From positions 1 to 54,041 of the forward strand of contig CANQGF010000003.1 in the NCBI GenBank assembly GCA_947601485.1: a DNA stretch of 54,041 nt, in the 5' to 3' direction. The notes beneath the pieces are model-generated. The model worked only from the letters and a program-made list of their open reading frames with translations. It did no database searches and was not told where the DNA came from. A program made the translations under genes and the position numbers. Each line of letters begins with the position of its first letter. Position 1 is the stretch's first letter. Below are positions 1 through 10,529 of the stretch, in pieces. The stretch is from an uncultured Bacilli bacterium. Lineage in GTDB: Bacteria > Bacillota_I > Bacilli_A > RF39 > UBA660.

Positions 1-21
1 TATTCATCGCAGAATATCATT

Positions 22-72
22 AAAAAAGACTAAATCAGCGAATATATGCGATTATATATTCAGATTTAGTCT
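22..72 (-). terminator. Intrinsic terminator downstream of ppdK
   Basis: Inverted repeat AGACTAAATC...GATTTAGTCT (27-72) with an inner GAATATAT/ATATATTC stem, followed on the minus strand by a T-tract. Confidence 0.75.
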
Positions 73-138
73 ATATTCTATTATTAAGCTCAACAAATAA
101 TTGGGTATTAACACAATAAACTTAAGTATTATCGGCTA

Positions 139-2781
139 TTATAAGTTCCTCCCATTTTTGATAGCGGCTTGTGCAGCAGCAAGTCTTGCAATAGGTACTC
201 TATATGGAGAACATGATACATAAGTAAGACCTATATTATGACAGAATTCAACACTTGAAGGTTCTCCACCATGTTCACCACAAATACCAAGTTTAATATC
301 AGGACGAACACTCTTACCTTTTTCAACAGCCATTTTAACTAATTCACCAACACCTGTTTGATCAAGTTTAGCAAATGGATCAATTTCATAAATTTTATTT
401 TGATAATAACTATCTAGGAATTTAGCAGCATCATCTCTAGAGAAGCCAAATGTCATTTGAGTTAAATCGTTAGTCCCAAATGAGAAGAATTCAGCTTCAG
501 TAGCAATTTTATCAGCTGTAATAGCTGCTCTTGGAATTTCAATCATTGTACCGATATGATATTTCATATCACTATTTTTCTCACGTTTTACTTGTTCTGC
601 TGTTTCAATAACGATATCTTTAACAAATTTTAATTCTTTAACTTCACCAACTAAAGGTATCATTATTTCTGGAACGATATCATAACCGTCTTCTTCTTTA
701 ACTTCAATAGCAGCTTCCATTAAAGCTCTTGTTTGCATTCTAGCTATTTCTGGATATGTAACAGCAAGTCTACAACCTCTATGTCCCATCATTGGGTTAA
801 ATTCATGTAATTCACTACATTTTTGCTTGATTTTTTCAGCAGATACACCCATATCTTTAGCTAATGCTTCAATTTCTTCATCCGTATTAGGTAAGAATTC
901 ATGAAGAGGTGGATCAAGATAACGAACAGTCATTGGAAGACCTTTAAGTTCTTTATACATTGCTTTAAAGTCACCTTTTTGGAATGGAATTAAAGCATCT
1001 AAAGCTTTTTCTCTCTCTTCAACTGTATCAGCTAAAATCATTTCTCTAATTTTAGGGATACGATCAGCTTCAAAGAACATATGCTCTGTTCTACATAAAC
1101 CAATTCCTTCAGCTCCAAGTTCTACAGCTTTTTTAGTATCTCTTGGATTATCAGCATTAGTTCTAACTTTTAATTTACGATATTTATCAGCCCAGGCCAT
1201 AATTCTACCAAAATTACCTGTAATTGTAGCTTCTTTAGTTTCGACATCACCTAAATATATTTTACCAGTATTACCATCAAGGCTAATATAATCTCCTTCT
1301 TTAAAGGTATGTCCACCAAGTTCAAAAGTTTTAGCTTCTTCATTAATCTTAATGGCACCACAACCTGCAACACAACAAGTACCCATACCACGAGCAACAA
1401 CAGCGGCATGGCTAGTTCTACCACCACGAACAGTTAGAATACCTTGACTTGCTACCATACCTTCAATATCTTCAGGTGTTGTTTCAAGTCTAACTAAAAC
1501 AACTCTTTCGCCTTTGCCACCTTTGCCTTCTCTTTTAGCATCTTCAGCTGTAAAGACAACTTTACCAGCAGCTGCTCCAGGAGATGCTGGAAGTCCTTCA
1601 CCAATAACTGTAGCATTTTTTATTGCATCAACATCAAATGTTGGATGTAATAATTGATCTAGACTTTTAGCTTCGATTCTTAAAACTGCTTCTTCTTCAC
1701 TAATCATTCCTTCATCAACTAAATCACAAGCAATCTTAATTGCGGCTTGAGCAGTTCTTTTACCATTTCTAGTTTGTAAGAAATATAATTTACCATTTTC
1801 AATAGTAAATTCCATATCTTGCATATCACGGTAATGATCTTCTAGTTTTTGAGCAAGAGACATAAATTCCGTATAGCATTCTGGTAAATCTTCTTGTAAT
1901 TTAGTAATTGGTTGAGGAGTTCTTACACCCGCAACTACATCTTCACCTTGGGCATTAATTAAGTATTCACCATATATACCTTTTTCTCCGGTTGCAGGAT
2001 TTCTTGTAAATGCTACTCCCGTTCCTGAAGTATCACCCATATTACCAAAGACCATTGATTGAACATTAACAGCAGTTCCCCAATCACCTGGAATATCATT
2101 CATTCTACGATAAACGATAGCTCTTGGATTATCCCATGAACGGAATACGGCTTTAACTGCTCCAAGTAATTGTTCATGAACATCTTGTGGGAATTCTTCC
2201 CCATTCATATTTTCTTTATAAACTTGTTTAAATCTTGTAACTAATTCTTTTAAATCATCAGTTGTAAGTTCATTATCATAAGTAATACCCTTTTCATGTT
2301 TTACTTCATCAATAATTTTTTCAAAATAGCTTTTTGGCACTTCCATTACAACATCTGAATACATTTGAATAAAACGTCTATAAGAGTCATATGCAAATCT
2401 TGGATTATTAGTCTTTTTAGCAAACCCTTCAACTGATTTATCATTTAAACCTAAATTTAAAATGGTATCCATCATTCCTGGCATACTAGCTCTTGCACCA
2501 CTTCTAACAGATACTAAAAGGGGCATTTCTTCATCGCCAAATTTTTTACCCACCATTTCTTCTAGTTTTTTTAATGCTTCTTGCATTTCTTGTAATATTT
2601 CATCACGTATTACTTTTCCATTATTATAGTAATCAGTACACGCTTCTGTCGTTATTGTAAATCCTTGAGGAATAGGTAACCCTAAATTAGTCATTTCCGC
2701 TAAATTAGCTCCCTTACCACCAAGTAATTCACGCATATCTTTGTTTCCTTCGGAAAACAAATAAACATATTTTTTTGCCAT
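139..2781 (-). CDS. ppdK: Pyruvate, phosphate dikinase
   Basis: 880 aa; LLGGKGANLAEM N-terminus, phospho-His motif GGRTSHAAVVAR, FSFGTNDLTQ and GICGEHGG; GGAGG RBS. Confidence 0.98.
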   Translation of the reverse strand: MAKKYVYLFSEGNKDMRELLGGKGANLAEMTNLGLPIPQGFTITTEACTDYYNNGKVIRDEILQEMQEALKKLEEMVGKKFGDEEMPLLVSVRSGARASMPGMMDTILNLGLNDKSVEGFAKKTNNPRFAYDSYRRFIQMYSDVVMEVPKSYFEKIIDEVKHEKGITYDNELTTDDLKELVTRFKQVYKENMNGEEFPQDVHEQLLGAVKAVFRSWDNPRAIVYRRMNDIPGDWGTAVNVQSMVFGNMGDTSGTGVAFTRNPATGEKGIYGEYLINAQGEDVVAGVRTPQPITKLQEDLPECYTEFMSLAQKLEDHYRDMQDMEFTIENGKLYFLQTRNGKRTAQAAIKIACDLVDEGMISEEEAVLRIEAKSLDQLLHPTFDVDAIKNATVIGEGLPASPGAAAGKVVFTAEDAKREGKGGKGERVVLVRLETTPEDIEGMVASQGILTVRGGRTSHAAVVARGMGTCCVAGCGAIKINEEAKTFELGGHTFKEGDYISLDGNTGKIYLGDVETKEATITGNFGRIMAWADKYRKLKVRTNADNPRDTKKAVELGAEGIGLCRTEHMFFEADRIPKIREMILADTVEEREKALDALIPFQKGDFKAMYKELKGLPMTVRYLDPPLHEFLPNTDEEIEALAKDMGVSAEKIKQKCSELHEFNPMMGHRGCRLAVTYPEIARMQTRALMEAAIEVKEEDGYDIVPEIMIPLVGEVKELKFVKDIVIETAEQVKREKNSDMKYHIGTMIEIPRAAITADKIATEAEFFSFGTNDLTQMTFGFSRDDAAKFLDSYYQNKIYEIDPFAKLDQTGVGELVKMAVEKGKSVRPDIKLGICGEHGGEPSSVEFCHNIGLTYVSCSPYRVPIARLAAAQAAIKNGRNL

Positions 2782-2854
2782 TTTATAAGCCTCCTAAACA
2801 ATATTTTAACACAGAGACTAAAATTCACCAAAGAATATGTTAAATTTTTGACAT

Positions 2855-3766
2855 TTATTGACGTTTTTTATTAGGATGAAATCTTAAATAAGCACTGCGA
2901 AGTCTTTCATTACTAACATGAGTATAAATTTCCGTAGTACTTAAGTTTTCATGGCCTAACATCTCTTGTACACTTTTTAAATCTGCTCCATTATCTAATA
3001 AATGAGTGGCAAAAGAATGTCTTAAAACATGGGGAGATATTTTATGCTTTACACTTGATTTACTAATTATTTTATCTATTATATATTCAATACTTTCTCG
3101 ACTTAACTTATTACCAAATTTATTTAAAAGCAAATAATCAGTAGGCTTTTTAATAAATTCATATCTTATTTTAAGATAATTATCTAATAAATTTTGGCAA
3201 GACTTACCATAATAAGCTATTCTTTCTTTACTGCCTTTCCCCATAACCTTAATAGTCATATCATTTGTATTAATATCATTAATCTTAATATTAGAGGCTT
3301 CACTAACTCTAATACCAGTTGAATATAAAAGTTCAAAAATAAATTTATCGCGAATATCTTCTTTAGCATCTTCCTTCATTTCCAATATTATTTCATCAAT
3401 TTCTACAATACTTAAATAATTTGGCAATTTTTTAGGAATTTTAGGATTTTTAACTCTTTTAAATACATTACTATCAATAACTTTAATTTCCACTAAATAA
3501 TTATAAAAACTTCGAAGAGCACTTAAATGTCTAGAAATTGTCTTATTAGTAAATTTTAAATTATCTAAATATTTTAAAAAAGACATAACATCATCTTTAG
3601 ATATTGTTAAATAATTTATATGTTTTAAACTTAAAAAGTCTTTATATAGTAAAAGATCTGTTCTATAAGAATCTCTTGTTAAAGAACTATAATTTAATTC
3701 ATATTCAATATATTCTAAATATTTATTTATCGCTTCATCTATTTTCATAATTTTATTATACATCAA
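2855..3766 (-). CDS. xerC: Chromosomal tyrosine recombinase of the XerC/XerD type (C vs D uncertain; start may be 3763 or 3745)
   Basis: YSTGIRVSE, GKGSKER, HVLRHSFATHLL, LGH and catalytic Tyr in TEIYTHV; 303 aa with an N-terminal SAM-like domain. Confidence 0.85.
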   Translation of the reverse strand: MMYNKIMKIDEAINKYLEYIEYELNYSSLTRDSYRTDLLLYKDFLSLKHINYLTISKDDVMSFLKYLDNLKFTNKTISRHLSALRSFYNYLVEIKVIDSNVFKRVKNPKIPKKLPNYLSIVEIDEIILEMKEDAKEDIRDKFIFELLYSTGIRVSEASNIKINDINTNDMTIKVMGKGSKERIAYYGKSCQNLLDNYLKIRYEFIKKPTDYLLLNKFGNKLSRESIEYIIDKIISKSSVKHKISPHVLRHSFATHLLDNGADLKSVQEMLGHENLSTTEIYTHVSNERLRSAYLRFHPNKKRQ

Positions 3767-3780
3767 AAAAAGTTAGATGA

Positions 3781-4347
3781 CTATGCAACTTCATCTAACT
3801 TTTCTAATTTTCTAATTTTTTCTTCTTCTTTTCTTCTTTTAATTTCATCACTTAACATAAGGTAAATAGCTCTACCATTAGAATATGGTATTTTATTTAT
3901 TGAATTAAATACTTCATGATAATTATTAGAATTTAATGCACTTTTAAAGTTTCTTAAAGAGTCATAAAAATAATCCCCATCAATATATTTTTCTAAAGTT
4001 TTTTTATAATAACCATACAATTTATCTTTTAAACTATTTTCAAATTCTAGATGACCACCACTAATTTCATTAATTATTTCATAATCTTCTTTTGAAAAAG
4101 CTGGTAGTTTATGTTTCATATTACTAATAATTTTAAAGGTCCCTTTTAAATACTCTGGAGCAACAAGATTATTTTTAGCAATTAAATCTTTTAATTCATC
4201 CACACTATATTGCATAGTAAAGGCATCAATTTCTCCAATCGAATTAGGACAATCTACATTTGCATTAGGAATTCTTTCTATTTCGACAACATTATAATCC
4301 CCATTACGTAACTCTAAAACTAAATTATAAATTATTATTCCATTCAT
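3781..4347 (-). CDS. Hypothetical protein, orphan family (paralog of 52450..53205)
   Basis: ORF with AAGGGG RBS before ATG at 4347 and its own promoter TTGACA-N18-TATAAT (4376-4405). Confidence 0.8.
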   Translation of the reverse strand: MNGIIIYNLVLELRNGDYNVVEIERIPNANVDCPNSIGEIDAFTMQYSVDELKDLIAKNNLVAPEYLKGTFKIISNMKHKLPAFSKEDYEIINEISGGHLEFENSLKDKLYGYYKKTLEKYIDGDYFYDSLRNFKSALNSNNYHEVFNSINKIPYSNGRAIYLMLSDEIKRRKEEEKIRKLEKLDEVA

Positions 4348-4408
4348 ATAATTCATCCCCTTACAAAGGAGAATTATTATACCATTTATAGGTGGATCTT
4401 GTCAATAG

Positions 4409-5350
4409 CTAGCCCCTATTTTTCTTATCTCTCTTATCTCTTACTAAAGATAAAGTTTGTACTAATTTTTGCTTTGTATTTACCTCTTCTTCTTTAAATT
4501 CTCTAACTAAAGCATTAATATCAGTATCAAGGAAACAATAATCATCTAAAGGAATATCATATTCACTCATAATGTCATTTAATGTAGTATTTTCATTTAT
4601 CTTAAAATTAAAACCATTGTAATTAAATCTTACTTCTCCTTTATTAATTCTAGCGATTAAAAAAGCATCCATTAATATTTTTAAAAAACTATAATATTGG
4701 CCAAATTTAAGAAAATGAATTTGATTTTTTAAATCATATTGATATTCAACAATAGATAACTGATAATTGCTCACTCTTCGGCTAAATTCTAAGCGTTTTT
4801 TATTAGAATAGGCCACTTTAAAATCATTTTGAGGATAACCATAATGCCTTCTTTTAAAAGAATCCATTGCTTTTAGTATTTTATCTTCATGTTTGAAGAA
4901 AATAAAATAGTCATTTTCAATATCCCACCAAAATTCATTATATTTAATAAATTTATTTGCTTTTCCTTTGCTACTATTTATAGATATATATTTAGATAAA
5001 TAACAAGATTCTTTTAAAGCAAAGCGATTATTGATAAGACCATCCACCATATCTTTTATACGTTCAGAATAAATAGATGGTGCATAAACTTTAAGGACAT
5101 TGCCATCCTTATCTTGATATTTGGGAATCGCAAAAATTTGATAGAAATCACCATTAATAGTCATTCTTCGAAGTGAACTAGGTAAAGCGCCAAATTGAAA
5201 TTCGGAAGATCCCATATAATTGAAATATAAAATATCATCTATACCATTTATGTCTTCTTCATTTATTAACGATACGTCTTCTTTAAAATATCCACTTTGA
5301 ATAAGCCAAGGATTTTTTAACGTTAAATAGTTTCTATCATTATCATTCAT
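4409..5350 (-). CDS. Hypothetical protein
   Basis: Long ORF; AAAGAGG RBS supports ATG at 5350 rather than 5377; promoter TTGATT-N17-TAGAAT (5378-5406). Confidence 0.8.
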   Translation of the reverse strand: MNDNDRNYLTLKNPWLIQSGYFKEDVSLINEEDINGIDDILYFNYMGSSEFQFGALPSSLRRMTINGDFYQIFAIPKYQDKDGNVLKVYAPSIYSERIKDMVDGLINNRFALKESCYLSKYISINSSKGKANKFIKYNEFWWDIENDYFIFFKHEDKILKAMDSFKRRHYGYPQNDFKVAYSNKKRLEFSRRVSNYQLSIVEYQYDLKNQIHFLKFGQYYSFLKILMDAFLIARINKGEVRFNYNGFNFKINENTTLNDIMSEYDIPLDDYCFLDTDINALVREFKEEEVNTKQKLVQTLSLVRDKRDKKNRG

Positions 5351-5438
5351 TATTAAAAACCTCTTTCTTTTTCTCATATTCTAACACCGGTAAATATGAA
5401 AATCAATTAAAGTATTTAAAAAAGTAAACCCTATAGGT

Positions 5439-6893
5439 TTACAAATTTCGCATTAATTTAGTTACTTTATCTTCTTGTGGATGAAGAGTATCTTGTAATT
5501 TATTCCATATTCCATCTCTTAAATCATCATTGTTATATTCTATATTATTAGTTAAATAAGTATTTAAATATTTTTGCATAAATTCTTTTATAGTATTAAT
5601 TACTTTGTCCATTTCTTTATTTGTATGTTCATTAGCTTTCATTTTGTTTGCTAAAATATAAAGCCTCATTGCAAGTAAACTATTTAAAATATTTTGGTAA
5701 TCTCCTCGATCAACTATTTTTTCATAAACATCTATTTGATTTAAGAAAAAATTTTCTAAAGAAGCAGCATAATAGAAATAACCATCATAAAATTGGCTTC
5801 TAAATCTCACTGCCATACTATCTAAATTACCACTATCAACAGCATAATCTTTACCAAATGATGTGTTACCATTGATAACATTATTAATATATTTAAAACG
5901 ATCTTCACGCCAATGATTATCTGGTTTAAGGCGACCTATTTTAGTATACATATCCCGATGGGTTTCAGCAGTTATATAAGGAAAATTATAATGCATTGGT
6001 TTTATTAACTCAAAAAGTTTTCCTTTATTTATTTCATCACTTTTATCTAATACTTCTAAATATCTTATAATTGAACTAGCATCTAATTTATACAAACATA
6101 AAGTTAATATTTCATCTCTTGTAACACTTGGGTATTTATCTATAAGTTCATCTACATTAATATTAAATAAACAATTTCCTTTAAAAAGATACAAAATTTC
6201 AAATGGATAATAAGTAGGTACATTAAATTTTTCAAAATTAGTATAATATAAATCATACATTCTATTTATATCTTCACTATATTTTTGCTTAAATTCTTTA
6301 CTTAAAACTCTTGTATAATACTTCTTTTTGCCATCTTCTTCAATCATTTTATATTCGATTTCTTGAAGCCTTGAATTATATAAATCTTCATTTGTTAATT
6401 TACTTCCATTTTTAAAATCCTTTTGCTCTAAATCTGGTGTTGGAACTAAAACATCGACTCCATAACTAGCTAAAACGTCATAAGCATTCGCTATTAAGTA
6501 AAGTAAAGTTAAAGGGTCCATATTATCTCTATTAAAAGCATCTCCATCACAAATCATTCTTATCATCCGATAGTAAGGAGATGAAAGATAAAAATCATAA
6601 ACACCTAAAGTATATTCATCAACACCCCAACTTTTTGGTGTTCTAAAAAGAATGTCTTTAATAAAGCCATTATATCTTTCTTTATTAAAATCCTTGGCTT
6701 CTTCATAAAACTCTCGCCCTTCACTTGTAATAGCTATATCATCTATCTTTGAATTTTCATCATATAAAGTACTAAATAAATTGGGAATTAAATAATTACG
6801 CATAAATTCCTTTATTTCATCGTCTTCTTTTTCTTCGACAAATACTCTAGGAAACAATTTTAATTTTTTATCAATTTCCTCTAAACTATGCAT
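5439..6893 (-). CDS. Hypothetical protein, tandem paralog A (484 aa)
   Basis: AAGGAG RBS; promoter TTGATT-N17-TAGAAT (6924-6952); highly similar to 6965..8476. Confidence 0.88.
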   Translation of the reverse strand: MHSLEEIDKKLKLFPRVFVEEKEDDEIKEFMRNYLIPNLFSTLYDENSKIDDIAITSEGREFYEEAKDFNKERYNGFIKDILFRTPKSWGVDEYTLGVYDFYLSSPYYRMIRMICDGDAFNRDNMDPLTLLYLIANAYDVLASYGVDVLVPTPDLEQKDFKNGSKLTNEDLYNSRLQEIEYKMIEEDGKKKYYTRVLSKEFKQKYSEDINRMYDLYYTNFEKFNVPTYYPFEILYLFKGNCLFNINVDELIDKYPSVTRDEILTLCLYKLDASSIIRYLEVLDKSDEINKGKLFELIKPMHYNFPYITAETHRDMYTKIGRLKPDNHWREDRFKYINNVINGNTSFGKDYAVDSGNLDSMAVRFRSQFYDGYFYYAASLENFFLNQIDVYEKIVDRGDYQNILNSLLAMRLYILANKMKANEHTNKEMDKVINTIKEFMQKYLNTYLTNNIEYNNDDLRDGIWNKLQDTLHPQEDKVTKLMRNL

Positions 6894-6964
6894 TAAGCAA
6901 ACACTCTCCTTTATTAATTATTTATTCTAACATTTAAGATTATTTTAATCAAGATTAAAATCTT

Positions 6965-8476
6965 TTACAAATTTCTCATTAATTTAGTTACTTTATCTTC
7001 TTGTAGATGAAGAGTATCATGTAACTTATTCCATATTCCATCTCTTAAATCATCATTGTTATACTCTATATTATCAGTTAAATAAGTATTTAAATATTTT
7101 TGCATAAAGTATTTTATAGTATTAATTACTTTGTCCATTTCTTTATTTGTATGTTCACTAGCTTTCATTTTGTTTGCTAAAATATAAAGTCGCATCGCAA
7201 GTAAACTATTTAAAATATTTTGGTAATCTCCTCGATCAACTATTTTTTCATAGACATCTATTTGCTTTAAGAAAAAATTTTCTAAAGATGTTATATAATA
7301 GAAATATCCATCATAAAATTGGCTTCTAAATCTCACTGCAAAGCCATAAGAATTATCACTATCAATAACATAATCTTTATCAAATAAAGTATTACCATTG
7401 ATAACATTATTAATATATTTAAAACCGTCTTCACGCCAATGATTATCTGGTTTAAGGCGACCTATTTCAGTATACATATCATGATAGGTTTCAGCAGTTA
7501 TATAAGGAAAATGATAATGCATTGGTTTTATTAATTCAAAAAGTTTTTCTTTATTAACTTTATCACTTTTATTTAATACTTCTAAATATCTTATAATTGA
7601 ACTAGCATCTAATTTATATAAACATAAAGTTAAAATTTCATCCCTAGTAACTCTAGGGTATTTATCTATAAGTTCATCTACATTAATATTAAATAAACTA
7701 TTTCCTTTGAAAAGATATAAAATTTCAAATGAATAATAAGTAGGTACATTAAATTTTTCAAAATTAGCATAATATAAATCATACATTCTATTTATATCTT
7801 CACTATATTTTTGCTTAAATTCTTCCTTTAAAACTCTTTTATAATACTTCTTTTCTCCATCTTCTTCAATCATTTTATATTCTATTTCCTGAAGCCTTGA
7901 ATTATCTAAATCATCCTTTGTTAAATTACTTCCATTTTTAAAATTCTTTTGCTCTAAATCTGGGGTGGGAACTAAAACATCAACTCCATAACTGGCTAAA
8001 ACGTCATAAGCATTTGCTATTAAATAAAGTAAAGTTAAAGGATCCATATTATCTCTATTAAAAGCATCTCCATTACAAATCATTCTTATCATCCGGTAGT
8101 AAGGAGATGAAAGATAAAAATTATAAATACCTAAATTATATATCTCATGAGTATGTTCTTTAACACGAGAACTTCTTGGTGGTTCTTTTGGTACTTCATC
8201 AATAATGTCTTTAATAACACTATGTCTTTCTTTATTAAAATTATTGACTTCTTCATAAAATTCTCGCCCTTTACTTGTAATAGCTATATCATCTATCTTT
8301 GAATTTTCATCATATAAAGTACTAAATAAATCTGGGAAAGAATTCCACATAAATTTCTTTATTTCATCATCTTTTTTTTCTTCGAGAAATACTCCAGGAA
8401 ACACTTTTACGTTTTCTTCGAGAAATACTCTAGGAAAAAATTTTAATTTTTTATCAACTTCAATCCAACTATGCAT
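6965..8476 (-). CDS. Hypothetical protein, tandem paralog B (503 aa)
   Basis: Same 5' UTR and RBS as paralog A; promoter TTGAAT-N17-TAGAAT (8507-8535). Confidence 0.88.
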   Translation of the reverse strand: MHSWIEVDKKLKFFPRVFLEENVKVFPGVFLEEKKDDEIKKFMWNSFPDLFSTLYDENSKIDDIAITSKGREFYEEVNNFNKERHSVIKDIIDEVPKEPPRSSRVKEHTHEIYNLGIYNFYLSSPYYRMIRMICNGDAFNRDNMDPLTLLYLIANAYDVLASYGVDVLVPTPDLEQKNFKNGSNLTKDDLDNSRLQEIEYKMIEEDGEKKYYKRVLKEEFKQKYSEDINRMYDLYYANFEKFNVPTYYSFEILYLFKGNSLFNINVDELIDKYPRVTRDEILTLCLYKLDASSIIRYLEVLNKSDKVNKEKLFELIKPMHYHFPYITAETYHDMYTEIGRLKPDNHWREDGFKYINNVINGNTLFDKDYVIDSDNSYGFAVRFRSQFYDGYFYYITSLENFFLKQIDVYEKIVDRGDYQNILNSLLAMRLYILANKMKASEHTNKEMDKVINTIKYFMQKYLNTYLTDNIEYNNDDLRDGIWNKLHDTLHLQEDKVTKLMRNL

Positions 8477-8542
8477 TAAGCAAACACTCTCCTTTATTAA
8501 TTGTTTATTCTAACATACAATCTTACTTGATTCAAGTAGAAA

Positions 8543-9556
8543 TCATTTTTGATAATTTTCTAAATAATTTATGGCTTCTTTTAAAGTACTAACCCCAACT
8601 ATTTTAATATCAAGATTTCTTTTTTCTTTAATGCTTTCTGCTTCCTCTAAATTTTCCATTGGGCAAAAGAAAATATCGGCACCCTTTTTACTAGCTCCTA
8701 AAACTTTATACTTAACTCCGCCAATTTCACCAACATTGCCATTTTCATCAATCGTTCCAGTTCCTACTATATTAAGTCCTTTAGTAATATCATCTTCTAC
8801 TAAGGCATTATAAATAGCAAGGCTCATCATTAGTCCTCCACTTGAACCAGATTCATTACTTTTCATTTTAATTTCTACTGGAATTTCTGTCTCATATTTA
8901 TATGTGGTAATAAAAGCAATCCCCATTTTTAAAGATCCATCATTATCTTCATATAATTTAGCTTTCCGAGTATATTCTTTATTATTATTTAATACTTTAA
9001 TCTTTACTTCATCATCTTTTTTAAAATCTTTTAATATTTCTTTAATATCTTCAAGACTAGTCACTTTAATATTATTAACTTCTATTATTTCATCACCAAT
9101 TTTAATATTAGTTTTAGCTTCTTCACTAATATAAGCTACGGTGTTAATAACCCCATTAATAGTAATATTTAAACCTGCTTCTCTAAAGGAAGCAATCTTG
9201 GCATTATCAATTCCTTCTTTTAAATAAACTTTACCTAAAGCAATGGTATCATCATAATCGCCTTCACTAGTAACTTCTTCAATCGGATATAAGTCCCAAT
9301 CAGGTAAGATATAAGAAAGCAAAATAAAAGCTGGAGCTCCCTTCATAGCATTAACATAGCTCATCGAAAAAGACCCTTCCTGTTTATAGTCAGTTTCAAT
9401 CGTAAGCCGATTTTTTAAATCAATGGTACCACCACTACGATAAATAATAAAAGGCAGTTCAACATAAAACATTAAAATAATAACAATAAGACAAATTAAA
9501 AATTTATAATAATTTTTTAAAAATTGCTTAATTTTTTCATATAATTTATTAATCAT
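8543..9556 (-). CDS. ylbL: YlbL/SepM-like membrane-anchored PDZ plus Lon-type (S16) serine protease
   Basis: N-terminal TM, PDZ-like region (IKIGDEIIEVN), GSSGGLMMSL, GTGTI and GEIGGVKYK motifs; divergent from ylbJ as in Bacillus. Confidence 0.88.
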   Translation of the reverse strand: MINKLYEKIKQFLKNYYKFLICLIVIILMFYVELPFIIYRSGGTIDLKNRLTIETDYKQEGSFSMSYVNAMKGAPAFILLSYILPDWDLYPIEEVTSEGDYDDTIALGKVYLKEGIDNAKIASFREAGLNITINGVINTVAYISEEAKTNIKIGDEIIEVNNIKVTSLEDIKEILKDFKKDDEVKIKVLNNNKEYTRKAKLYEDNDGSLKMGIAFITTYKYETEIPVEIKMKSNESGSSGGLMMSLAIYNALVEDDITKGLNIVGTGTIDENGNVGEIGGVKYKVLGASKKGADIFFCPMENLEEAESIKEKRNLDIKIVGVSTLKEAINYLENYQK

Positions 9557-9599
9557 ATTTTTACACCCTAGTCTATTATAGCATAAACCGAGGTATTTT

Positions 9600-10529
9600 A
9601 TGAACAAACTAAAAAAAATTTTGCAAATAGCTTTTTTATTTTTACTAATTTTTATTTTATTTAAATATAATTATGTTTTAAAACCATCCGTTCTTATCTC
9701 TATTAATCTCTGGATAACCAAAGTTTTTCCATCACTTTTTATTATGTTTATTTTAAATGATATTATTATTAGAACAAATATATTAAATGATTTAAATAAA
9801 ATAATTAATCCTTTTTTTAATAAAATATTTAAAACTAAAGGAAATGCCTTTGCTTGTTTTTTCTTATCCATTTTTAGTGGTAGCCCTACCAATGCTTATA
9901 TTATTAATGAAAATTTACAAAAGAAATTGATTAGTCAAAAAACAGCCAATAATCTAATGCGATATACTTATTTTTCTAATCCTTTATTTTTATATAATAT
10001 TTTATCAGGTATATTTAATAAATTTATAACTTTTAAAATTATTATTATTCATTATTTAGCAAATATTGTGATTGGTTTATTTTTTGTAATTAAAGATGAT
10101 GCAGATGATACCTATTATAATGATACTAATAATCATGAAAATATTCTTTATATCTTACCTCAAAGCATTAGTAAAAGTATTAATACACTTTTAATGATAT
10201 TAGGTTGTATTACTTTTTATATGATTATGACTAATATTTTTACTAGTCTTATTTCTTTAAATGATACTTTAACTACTATTTTAAAAGGATTATTAGAAAT
10301 TACTCAAGGATTAAATATACTTGCAAGTTTAAAACAAACAAGCATTATAAAAGAAATAATAGCAGTTGCCATTATTTCTTTTGGAGGTTTATCTATTCAT
10401 ACTCAAGTATTATCTTTAACAACAAACAATAAAGAATTATACCAAAATTATTTAATTGGGCGCATTTATCAAACATTAATTAGTACAGGTACCTATATCC
10501 TTATCTATCTTTTCATTGCCCATATTTAA
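9600..10529 (+). CDS. ylbJ: Sporulation integral membrane protein YlbJ-like
   Basis: Multi-TM; VFPSLF, SG-P, FSNPLF, GLLEITQG and SFGGLSIHTQV motifs; GAGG RBS. Confidence 0.85.
   Translation: MNKLKKILQIAFLFLLIFILFKYNYVLKPSVLISINLWITKVFPSLFIMFILNDIIIRTNILNDLNKIINPFFNKIFKTKGNAFACFFLSIFSGSPTNAYIINENLQKKLISQKTANNLMRYTYFSNPLFLYNILSGIFNKFITFKIIIIHYLANIVIGLFFVIKDDADDTYYNDTNNHENILYILPQSISKSINTLLMILGCITFYMIMTNIFTSLISLNDTLTTILKGLLEITQGLNILASLKQTSIIKEIIAVAIISFGGLSIHTQVLSLTTNNKELYQNYLIGRIYQTLISTGTYILIYLFIAHI

Larger units (their letters stand above)
5438..8513. repeat. Tandem duplication of ~1.5 kb covering gene, RBS and -10 box
   Basis: Units ~5438-6933 and ~6964-8513 share long identical stretches, including ATGCATTAAGCAAACACTCTCCTTTATTAATT and TTTATTCTAACAT. 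Confidence 0.95.

Noticed and set aside
2855-8535. Integron or prophage interpretation of the recombinase plus orphan array
   Set aside because: The recombinase looks like a housekeeping Xer, is co-oriented with the array and shows no obvious IntI-specific insertion; the spacers share no attC-like or att repeat; no phage genes are present
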